Assembly (NCBI GenBank): GCA_038153405.1
Contig: JAYOYH010000025.1
Location: 1 to 36,405, forward strand
DNA length: 36,405 nucleotides
From: Gemmatimonadota bacterium
GTDB taxonomy: Bacteria; Latescibacterota; UBA2968; UBA8231
Reading direction: 5' to 3'
The notes beneath the pieces are model-generated. The model was not told the origin of the DNA. It saw nothing but the letters and a program-made list of their open reading frames with translations, and searched no databases. Every line of letters begins with the position of its first letter. The first letter of the stretch is position 1. Position numbers and translations under genes: made by a program. Positions 17,586 to 25,600 of the stretch are shown piece by piece.

Positions 17586-18872
17586 ATGGCTAAACACATT
17601 AGCGTGCGCCGTCTGGTTTCCTACTGGCGTCTCTACCTATTTGCTCTGCCGGCTGCGGTGCTGGTGGGCATCTTTTCCTATTTCCCGGCGGCCAGCGCTA
17701 TATACCACGCGTTTTTCCGCTGGAACGGCTCCTACGTAAAAGAGTTCGTCGGCCTGTACAACTTTCATCAACTGCTGGGTTGGTCGCCCTTTCTGTGGCT
17801 GGTCATGTCGGCCTGGGTCGTGCTGATGATGGCCGTGTTGGTCGGCAAGCCGCTGTGGTTGGCGCGCGGCGCGCCATGGGGGCTGACGGCGCTGGTCGTC
17901 GCCCTGGGCGCGGCGCTCTTTGCCGCGGCCGATACTTCGACCGTGCTCCACATGACGGCGGGCGAGGCGTGGGCGTGGTACGGCCGCGCGCTGTGGGCAA
18001 CGCTCGTCGGCGTCGTCATACACCAGGTCTTTCGCACGGGATGGAGTCAGTGGGTGCAAGGCGTTGGCATACTCTACGGTTTCCTGTGGTTTTTCTACCA
18101 GTCGATGATCAGCACCGGCGACCAGACGCTGTGGTCGGGCTTCGGGGTAATTTTCATTTTGGTGCTGGCCAATCTGGTAAAGATGGTGCCCTCTATCGTG
18201 ACGGCCGTCTTTGTCCATCGGCTGAAGAGCGAGCGCTGGCAGTACATATACCGCGTGTTGTTCGTCGTGCCGATGATCGTGCCGGCGATGGTTGGCCTGC
18301 TGGTGTGGAAATCTTTTTACGATCCGACGCAGGGCATTCTCAACCGCATTCTGCTCGGCTCGGGTTTTCTCGACGTGCTGGTATGGATCGACGGGCTGTT
18401 CGGTTGGGACGTATTTTACGCAGGGACGAACCCCTCGTGGCTGGGCGATGCCTCGCTGGTCATACCCTCGCTGATCTTTTGGGGCTTTCCGTGGGTGGGC
18501 ACCGTCGGCGTGCTGATCTATCTGACGGGGCTGGCCAGCATTGACGAGAGCGTCTACGAGGCGGCCGATTTGGACAACGCCTCTACGCTACAAAAGTTTT
18601 TCTATATCGAGCTGCCGCTCATTCTCACGCAGGTGCGCATCAACTTAGTGCTGATGATTATAGGCACGCTGCAAACCTACGGGCAGATTCTAATTCTGCT
18701 CGGCGACAGCGGCGGACCGCGCGGCGTGGCGCTGGTGCCGGGACTCTACATGTTTCGCAGTGCCTTTGTCGAACTCTACGCCGGCAAGGCCTGCGCGATT
18801 GGTCTGATCGTATTTTTCTTTATTCTCATACTAACCGAAGTCAACAACCGCTTCGTGCGCGTGGAGAAGTAA
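17586..18872 (+). CDS. Carbohydrate ABC transporter permease (MalF/UgpA-type) with extra TM insert
   Basis: FVGLYNF, FVVPMIVP, EAA loop IDESVYEAADLDNAS, AGKACAIG. Confidence 0.92.
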   Translation: MAKHISVRRLVSYWRLYLFALPAAVLVGIFSYFPAASAIYHAFFRWNGSYVKEFVGLYNFHQLLGWSPFLWLVMSAWVVLMMAVLVGKPLWLARGAPWGLTALVVALGAALFAAADTSTVLHMTAGEAWAWYGRALWATLVGVVIHQVFRTGWSQWVQGVGILYGFLWFFYQSMISTGDQTLWSGFGVIFILVLANLVKMVPSIVTAVFVHRLKSERWQYIYRVLFVVPMIVPAMVGLLVWKSFYDPTQGILNRILLGSGFLDVLVWIDGLFGWDVFYAGTNPSWLGDASLVIPSLIFWGFPWVGTVGVLIYLTGLASIDESVYEAADLDNASTLQKFFYIELPLILTQVRINLVLMIIGTLQTYGQILILLGDSGGPRGVALVPGLYMFRSAFVELYAGKACAIGLIVFFFILILTEVNNRFVRVEK

Positions 18873-19841
18873 ATGCGTTCAACTTGGGGCGAATTCGGCA
18901 AACACCTCTTTATATTGGGCGTGCTGCTCTTTGCGTTCTTTCCGCTCTACGTGACCTTTGCCATCAGCGTCAAGAACAACAAGCAGTTCAACAACGAGCC
19001 GTTTGGGCCGCTGGCCCTGTCGGGTTTGTTGGAGACGTTTGAACATCGACCGGCCCAGCTAAACGCCTACGATCCCAAAGAGGTCGTGCTGGCCCAAGAA
19101 GCGGTGGCGGCCGGCCTGAATCCCGCACATCCCAACTGGCCGCAGGTGCGTCTGAGCACTAAGGATACCTGGCACTGGGAAAACTGGACGGTCGCCTGGG
19201 ACACGGTGGGCACGTATATATTCAATACGATTGTCGTCGCCGTTACGGCGGTGATGCTGGCGCTGTGCTGCTCGACGGCAGCCGGTTTTTTCTTTGCGCG
19301 CTACCGGATGCCGGGCACGACGTTTCTCTGGTATTTCTTCTTGGTTCTCATGCTCATGCCGGGCGTGGCCAATCTCGTGCCGCTCTTTATCCTGCTGCGC
19401 GATATGAATCTGATCAACAGCTTATTGGCGCTGATCATTCTGGGCATTTCCGGCGCACAGGTCGTGCAGATCTTTATATTGCGCAACTTTATTGAAGAGA
19501 TTCCGCAAGATATGTTCGACGCGGCTGACGTGGACGGAGCCAGTCCGTTTCGCCAGGTGCTCTACATCGTGCTGCCGATGTCCGGTTCGGTGATTTCCAC
19601 GCTGGCCATTTTGCAGTTTATCTCCGTGTGGAACGATTTTTTGCTGCCCTTTATTATTATTCGCGACGACGCGCTGCTGACGCTGGCCGCCGGTCTGATA
19701 AAGCTCGACGGCGAGTATGTAAAACAGTGGGGCGAGATGATGGCCGGCTATTCGATTGCCTCGCTGCCGCTGGTGCTGATCTTCCTCTTTACGATGCGCC
19801 TCTTTGTGCGCGGTATTGCAGCGGGTGCAGTAAAGGGCTAG
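18873..19841 (+). CDS. Carbohydrate ABC transporter permease (MalG/UgpE-type)
   Basis: WENW...FNT, IPQDMFDAADVDGAS, VWNDFLLP, C-terminal FVRGIAAGAVKG. Confidence 0.93.
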   Translation: MRSTWGEFGKHLFILGVLLFAFFPLYVTFAISVKNNKQFNNEPFGPLALSGLLETFEHRPAQLNAYDPKEVVLAQEAVAAGLNPAHPNWPQVRLSTKDTWHWENWTVAWDTVGTYIFNTIVVAVTAVMLALCCSTAAGFFFARYRMPGTTFLWYFFLVLMLMPGVANLVPLFILLRDMNLINSLLALIILGISGAQVVQIFILRNFIEEIPQDMFDAADVDGASPFRQVLYIVLPMSGSVISTLAILQFISVWNDFLLPFIIIRDDALLTLAAGLIKLDGEYVKQWGEMMAGYSIASLPLVLIFLFTMRLFVRGIAAGAVKG

Positions 19842-19946
19842 ATCGAAGATTAGACGGCGCAGGTCGATTCTCGCGCCTTCCGTTGCAGGCGGGTGTGGTC
19901 GGCATAGACGACCTCACCCGTATCTTTTGTAAATGGGGAGATTTTT

Positions 19947-20387
19947 ATGCAGCGCATACTCTTTTTGTGCACGGGCAATTCGTGCCGCAGCCAGATGGCC
20001 GAGGGCTTTGCGCGCCATTTGAAGGCCGACGTATTCGAAGTGTACTCGGCTGGCATTGAAGCGCACGGCCTCAACCCGCACGCCGTGCGCGCTATGGTTG
20101 AAGCCGGCGTCGATATATCCGGGCAGCAGTCGACGCGCGTCGACCAGTTGCAGGGCGTCGCCTTTGACTGGGTGGTGACAGTGTGCGGCCACGCCGACGA
20201 GCACTGCCCGCACTTTGCCGGAGCTGCGCGCGTGATACACCGCGGCTTTGACGATCCGCCGAAGCTGGCTCGCGAAGCGGCCAGCGAAGAGGAGGCCTTT
20301 GCCCACTATCGCCGCGTGCGCGACGAGATACGCGCCTACGTGGAGACGTTGCCGCAGGCCCTCTATACACAGGGAGAACGACCATGA
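19947..20387 (+). CDS. arsC: Arsenate reductase, thioredoxin-coupled LMW-PTP type
   Basis: P-loop [16 protein letters not shown]...CP resolving cysteines, FDDP; coupled to acr3. Confidence 0.95.
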   Translation: MQRILFLCTGNSCRSQMAEGFARHLKADVFEVYSAGIEAHGLNPHAVRAMVEAGVDISGQQSTRVDQLQGVAFDWVVTVCGHADEHCPHFAGAARVIHRGFDDPPKLAREAASEEEAFAHYRRVRDEIRAYVETLPQALYTQGERP

Positions 20388-21427
20388 GCAGAGCACCGCG
20401 CCGCCTGTCCTTTCTGGACCGCTTTCTAACGCTGTGGATTTTTTTGGCCATGGCCATCGGCATTGGTACGGGCTACTTTGCGCCCGCTCTCGTCGATGTG
20501 ATTACCGGCTTTCAGATGGGCACGACGTCTATTCCCATTGCCGTGGGATTGGTGCTGATGATGTATCCACCGCTGGCCAAGGTAAAGTACGAAGAACTTG
20601 GCGGCGTCTTTCGCAACACACGGATTTTGGGACTATCGCTGCTGCAAAACTGGGTGATTGGCCCGGTGCTGATGTTTGCACTGGCCACTCTCTTCCTAGC
20701 CGATTACCCCGACTATATGGTCGGTTTGATTATGATCGGCCTAGCGCGCTGCATTGCCATGGTCATCGTATGGAATGAATTGGCCTGCGGGGACTCGGAA
20801 TATGCGGCAGGTTTAGTCGCGTTTAACTCTATCTTTCAGATCGTTTTTTATTCGGTTTATGCCTATGTCTTTATCACGCTGCTGCCGCCGCTATTCGGCC
20901 TGCAGGGTGCGCTCGTAGAAATCTCCATGGGACAAATTGCCGAGAGCGTGGCGATCTATCTGGGCATACCATTTTTTGCCGGTATGCTGACGCGCTTTGT
21001 GCTGGTGCGCGCTAAGGGGAGCGACTGGTATGGGAGCGAGTTCATTCCTCGGATTAGTCCGCTGACGCTGGTCGCGCTGCTCTTTACCATCTGGGTGATG
21101 TTTTCGCTGCAGGGCGAGAATATCGTGCAAATTCCCTTCGACGTGCTGCGCATTGCCGTGCCGCTGCTCATCTACTTTGTGCTGATGTTTCTGATTTCCT
21201 TCTTCCTCGGCTACAAGAGTGGGGCCGACTACGAACGCACGACCACCCTGTCGTTTACGGCGGCGAGCAATAATTTTGAGCTGGCCATTGCCGTGTCTGT
21301 TGCGGTCTTTGGCATCGATTCGGGGGCAGCCTTCGCCGCGGTGATCGGCCCGCTGGTCGAGGTGCCGGTGCTGATTGCTCTGGTCAACGTAGCGCTCTAC
21401 TTTCAGCGGCGCTTTTGGAGCAGCTGA
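20384..21427 (+). CDS. acr3: ACR3-family arsenite efflux transporter
   Basis: [50 protein letters not shown]. Confidence 0.96.
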   Translation: MSRAPRRLSFLDRFLTLWIFLAMAIGIGTGYFAPALVDVITGFQMGTTSIPIAVGLVLMMYPPLAKVKYEELGGVFRNTRILGLSLLQNWVIGPVLMFALATLFLADYPDYMVGLIMIGLARCIAMVIVWNELACGDSEYAAGLVAFNSIFQIVFYSVYAYVFITLLPPLFGLQGALVEISMGQIAESVAIYLGIPFFAGMLTRFVLVRAKGSDWYGSEFIPRISPLTLVALLFTIWVMFSLQGENIVQIPFDVLRIAVPLLIYFVLMFLISFFLGYKSGADYERTTTLSFTAASNNFELAIAVSVAVFGIDSGAAFAAVIGPLVEVPVLIALVNVALYFQRRFWSS

Positions 21428-21575
21428 AAACATAGCGGGCGCTACCGGCCGTGCGTGCACCGGCGATGAGCGCATGGCGTGTATATTGCACTGCACGCAT
21501 CGAAATGTTTAGGCGTGTAAATCGCGCCCGTACTGCTAGCCGATGGAGTGTGTGGTACGCGGTTTTTTACTCCGA

Positions 21576-21604
21576 TTGACGGTTGGTGCGATCGCCTGTA
21601 TACT
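21576..21604 (+). promoter_or_regulatory. Sigma70-type promoter, probably leaderless
   Basis: TTGACG-N17-TATACT-N6-ATG(21611). Confidence 0.7.
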
Positions 21605-21610
21605 TGTCGA

Positions 21611-23860
21611 ATGAATCGAGCACCTATCGAGCGCACGGCGCTGATTGTCGCTAAAATCTGTTTGTGGGCTGTGCCTTTTTTTGTGCTCTACGTCCCGTCT
21701 TCGCTGGTTTTTCCCTTTGTTACAGGTCGTCACTTTGCCTTTCGCCTGCTGGTCGATTGCGCGGCGCTGGCCTGGGGCGCGTTGCTGTGCGTAAATCGTG
21801 CCTATCGGCCGCGTTGGACGCCACAGGTCATTGCCCTAACTGCTCTTGTCCTAGTCGTATCTATAGCCGCTGCGCTGAGTCCCAATCCATTGCGCGCTTT
21901 CTTTGGCGATTTTGAACGGATGGGCGGCCTGGCCGGTCTCTTGCACTATTGCGTTTACTTTCTGCTGTTGTTGCACCTGTTCCGCGCGCGCGACTGGGCC
22001 ATTTTCTTAGGGATTTTTATCGCGGTTGGAAGCGTCGTTGCGCTGCTGGGTTTGCTGGAAAAGGGAGGCGTAGCGGGCCTGCCCTATCCCGTTGGAGGAG
22101 TCCGGGTGTACTCCACGATGGGTAACGCCAGTTACCTCGCCTCGTATCTCCTCTTTCTGGTTTGGCCCACCGTCATTCTGCTGGTGCATTTCCGGCGAAA
22201 CGTCGTCTATGCAGCAGGGCTGAGCGTTTTGCTAATAGCCTATTTGGCGACCATCTATTTCACCATCACGCGTTCCGTCATATTGGGCTTAGGTATAGGC
22301 TGCGTTGCTATGCTATGCATCGGGCTCTCTTTCGTAAGAGAGAAACTCGATCGGCGCTTTATTTATGCTGTTTATGGGCTTTTGGCTGCAGGTGCGCTCC
22401 TGCTGCTCGGCGCGGTCGTCTTTCGCGATGCGCTGGCTGCAAGCGATAGTGTAGCGCTGCGCCGCATCGTCGATTTTTCTCGCGATGTCTCGGCAAAAGA
22501 TACAATCGGCACGCGCTTTATGATGTGGCCAATGGCGCTGCAGGGCATTGCTGAGCGCCCGCTGCTCGGCTGGGGGCAGGAAAACTTCTACCTCGTTTTT
22601 CAGAAATACTACGACCCCGGCCTCTTTGGCAAAGAGCACTGGTTTGATGCCGCGCACAACGCCGTGCTGGACTGGACGCTCAATGCAGGACTGCTTGGCC
22701 TGCTGGCCTATGGGGCGGTATGGTGGGTGGCTCTGCGCGCGCTCTATAGAGGTGTGCACCGCGGGGCGATCAACATTCCGCAGGCGATGTGTATTACAGC
22801 GCTGCTACTCGGTTATTTCACATACGTGCAATTCCAGTTTGGCACGTTCAACACGGAATGCGCGTTCTTTGCGCTGCTGGCATGGATTGAACGGGCAACC
22901 GCGCAGGATCCGGAGAGCCGTACTGATGCGGCGGCTGGGTCGGGGAGCATCGTCTCGATGCAGGCCGTGGCCCTGCTGGCTTGGGGCGGAATGGCGGGAT
23001 ACTACCTAGGTGCAGTGCCGCTGCTACAGGCCCATACCCTTATTGATGCGAACAAAAAGATGCTTCAGTCGCTGGCTACAGGCACACCTCGTTTGGACGA
23101 AATCAGTCGCGATTTTGCCTGGGTTGTACAGCTGGATCAGAGCAATGCGTCGATTGTCCGCGAGGAAATAGCGGCCCAGTTGGACGATGTGATAAACTCG
23201 CCGCACTTTTCCGACGAAGAAAAGGGGCGCTTTGCCACGCTTACGCTCGATGAAGCGCGCGCCGCTGCAGATGGCCCCGCCCCCAATACGAAGCACCAGC
23301 TCATGCTATCGGCCGTTCTCTACGTGCTCGGTGAGCCGGTGGAGGCGCGCGCTGCCGAGGCGCTAAAGACCTTAGACCGCGCCGTCGAAATGAGCCCAAA
23401 TCGACAGGCTGTCTACGTGGAGCGCGCGCGCTGGCTTTGGAAACTGCGCCGAGGCGACGATGCGCTGCAGAACATGCTCAAGGCGTGGAATTTGGATCGG
23501 CGCTTCACCGACCTTGCCGCCGATTTGTACTATGTGTCCCTAGTGCTGAAGCGCCGCGACGTGATCGAGGAAATAGAGCGCGAAATTGCATGGGATGAAT
23601 GGAGCGCTGATTCGCTAAAGCGCATAGGAATCGCACACCAGCGCGTCGGCCAAATCGAAGCGGCCCTCAGCGTATTTGAGCGCCTGATACGGCGCGCGCC
23701 CGACATGGCAGAGGCCTATATGCTGAGCGGCCAGCTCAATGCCCAGCTAGGGCACACCTACGAAGCGCGCAATTTTTTCAATCGGGCCGTGCAAATCGAT
23801 CCGAAGTTATACGACCAAGTGCAGAAGCATTTGCAAAATATGGGGAATCGCACGCAGTAG
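21611..23860 (+). CDS. O-antigen ligase/Wzy_C-family membrane protein with C-terminal TPRs
   Basis: Many TM segments, STMGNASYLA, RFMMW...ERPLLGWGQENF, WFDAAHN, then TPR helices. Confidence 0.88.
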   Translation: MNRAPIERTALIVAKICLWAVPFFVLYVPSSLVFPFVTGRHFAFRLLVDCAALAWGALLCVNRAYRPRWTPQVIALTALVLVVSIAAALSPNPLRAFFGDFERMGGLAGLLHYCVYFLLLLHLFRARDWAIFLGIFIAVGSVVALLGLLEKGGVAGLPYPVGGVRVYSTMGNASYLASYLLFLVWPTVILLVHFRRNVVYAAGLSVLLIAYLATIYFTITRSVILGLGIGCVAMLCIGLSFVREKLDRRFIYAVYGLLAAGALLLLGAVVFRDALAASDSVALRRIVDFSRDVSAKDTIGTRFMMWPMALQGIAERPLLGWGQENFYLVFQKYYDPGLFGKEHWFDAAHNAVLDWTLNAGLLGLLAYGAVWWVALRALYRGVHRGAINIPQAMCITALLLGYFTYVQFQFGTFNTECAFFALLAWIERATAQDPESRTDAAAGSGSIVSMQAVALLAWGGMAGYYLGAVPLLQAHTLIDANKKMLQSLATGTPRLDEISRDFAWVVQLDQSNASIVREEIAAQLDDVINSPHFSDEEKGRFATLTLDEARAAADGPAPNTKHQLMLSAVLYVLGEPVEARAAEALKTLDRAVEMSPNRQAVYVERARWLWKLRRGDDALQNMLKAWNLDRRFTDLAADLYYVSLVLKRRDVIEEIEREIAWDEWSADSLKRIGIAHQRVGQIEAALSVFERLIRRAPDMAEAYMLSGQLNAQLGHTYEARNFFNRAVQIDPKLYDQVQKHLQNMGNRTQ

Positions 23861-23951
23861 GTCGTCTGCTGAGAGGATATGTTGGGATAAGTCTGCTACC
23901 GGGGCATAGAATATGCGTCCGATAGCAGCTTTTTCGTTGGTGCGGAAGCCG

Positions 23952-24755
23952 CTAGTGCGCTCGGTTGCTCTCGTCGTAGTAGGTGTTGTGCTGTCCCATG
24001 CTGAAGTTGTGTCCCCACGCCCCGCGAAAGGCGGTCTGCCGCTTGGCCGGCATGCGTTCGACGACGCCGTGTGGCAGGTTGAGCTTGTGCCACTGGGCTA
24101 GATACGAGCAATAGCAGTTAAAAATGGCGCGGCGCTCTTGGCCGGCATCTTTCCACTCGGTGCCGACGTGCCAGCAGCTCTCGGAAAAGATGAGCACCGA
24201 GCCCGGCGGGCAGGCGTATTCCTCGTAGACGGACGGGTCGAATTGGCGAAAGCGTTCGGGCACGGGAAACCCCGCCTTGTGCGAGCCGGACATAATAGGC
24301 GTGCCGCCGCCCTTTTTTACTTCGCTCAGCTCCCATACGACGCGCGTTAGTCCGGAGTAGATCTGGCCGTTGATCAGGCGGTAGGCCATGGGGCCAACGA
24401 GCGGTCCACAGTGCGGAGGCGAGCCCTGCTCGCCGAGTCGGCGAATCATGGCAAAGGAGCTTTCGCAGCGAAAGCCGTAGGCGCTGTCGTCCGGGTCGGG
24501 CGCGATGATGTCGCGTAAGATGCCGACGATGGCCGGGTGGTCGACCAGCTGCTGTCCGGGTCCGGCTAGCGCGTAGCGCTCGTGCTCGGGCAGTGAGTCG
24601 GGTTCGTGCCGCAGCTTGTAGACGTGCTCGCGCAGGGCCTCGAGCAGGTCGGCTTCCAGCACGGCCGGCAGCAGCAGCCATCCCTTCAGGTCAAAGAAAA
24701 ATTTCTGCTCGTCGCTCATCGTCTGGGGCGAGGCCGTCGTGGGAATCGCGCTCAT
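23952..24755 (-). CDS. PhyH-family Fe(II)/2OG enzyme with atypical HxG motif
   Basis: MSDEQKFFFDLKGWLLLPAVL, PPHCGP, SGSHK, PPGSVLIFSESCWH...RRAIFNCY. ATG 24755 in an ATGA overlap. Confidence 0.88.
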   Translation of the reverse strand: MSAIPTTASPQTMSDEQKFFFDLKGWLLLPAVLEADLLEALREHVYKLRHEPDSLPEHERYALAGPGQQLVDHPAIVGILRDIIAPDPDDSAYGFRCESSFAMIRRLGEQGSPPHCGPLVGPMAYRLINGQIYSGLTRVVWELSEVKKGGGTPIMSGSHKAGFPVPERFRQFDPSVYEEYACPPGSVLIFSESCWHVGTEWKDAGQERRAIFNCYCSYLAQWHKLNLPHGVVERMPAKRQTAFRGAWGHNFSMGQHNTYYDESNRAH

Positions 24756-25510
24756 TTCTGCACAAACACTTCCTCGCCATGCCCGGCGGCAATGGACGAG
24801 AACTGCACGTAGCCCCACATCTCGGGTACGTGCATATTGATAACGCCCTGCGGCGACCACACCCAGTTGTCGCAGGGCACGCCTTCGCGGCGCAGGTAGC
24901 CGCCCTTGTGGTAGTCGAACTCCCACTCGACGCGCGAAAAGTTGACGCGCCACTGATCGCCGGCCTTGGGCGGGCAGTCGCAGCCGGCGTGCTCGCTCAT
25001 CGCCGTCCAGGGAATGGCCACCTCGACGCTCCAACCGCGATCGACGTCGTCGGCGCAGTTGAGCGTGCCGTCGATTTGCACGGCGTGCTTGATGCCCTCG
25101 AAGTCCCAATCGTGATCGGCCGTGCCGCCCTTATTATAGGCTTTGGGCAGGTAGAGGTCCCAAGCGGCGTTGAGGGGGTTCATCTCGAACTCCATATAGT
25201 GCTCGCCGTCGCCGTCGGGGTCGACAAAGATTTCAAAATCGTTGTCGTTGCAAATGACCGAATCGCGCTTGGTCAGCGTGCCCCATACGTGGGGCTCTTC
25301 CATATCGGCGGCAAAGTAGAAGTAGTCGTCGTCCCACAGCATCATAACGCGCGTGGCAAAGCGCGGTAGCGGCTTGGCGTCGCCCTCGATATCGACAAAG
25401 AGGTCGGTCCAGGGGGCCGCCTTCCAGGGTCCGTCGTTGAGGTATCCGTCTACCACGATGGGCGTAGCGGCGCGGTAAACAACGTAGTTTTTCGGTGTGA
25501 TATCCGTCAT
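24752..25510 (-). CDS. Stand-alone CBM9-like (DOMON-like) protein
   Basis: PIVVDGYLND..W, LWDDDYFYF, NDFEIFVDPDGD, WSVEVAIPW, WRVNFSR, WVWSPQG...HVPEMWG; GGAGAGG RBS. Confidence 0.88.
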   Translation of the reverse strand: MTDITPKNYVVYRAATPIVVDGYLNDGPWKAAPWTDLFVDIEGDAKPLPRFATRVMMLWDDDYFYFAADMEEPHVWGTLTKRDSVICNDNDFEIFVDPDGDGEHYMEFEMNPLNAAWDLYLPKAYNKGGTADHDWDFEGIKHAVQIDGTLNCADDVDRGWSVEVAIPWTAMSEHAGCDCPPKAGDQWRVNFSRVEWEFDYHKGGYLRREGVPCDNWVWSPQGVINMHVPEMWGYVQFSSIAAGHGEEVFVQK

Positions 25511-25600
25511 GGGCAGGCCTCTCCGTTGAATGGCGCGGCACGGGTAGCGCCTATAGAAAGCGTCCGCGTGTTCTCTTCGTCAAGGTGCGGTGACGCCGTT

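Noticed and set aside
23952..25109. 385-aa long form of the HxG PhyH
   Set aside because: The extension overlaps the CBM9-like gene; the ATGA-coupled start at 24755 fits the domain boundary.
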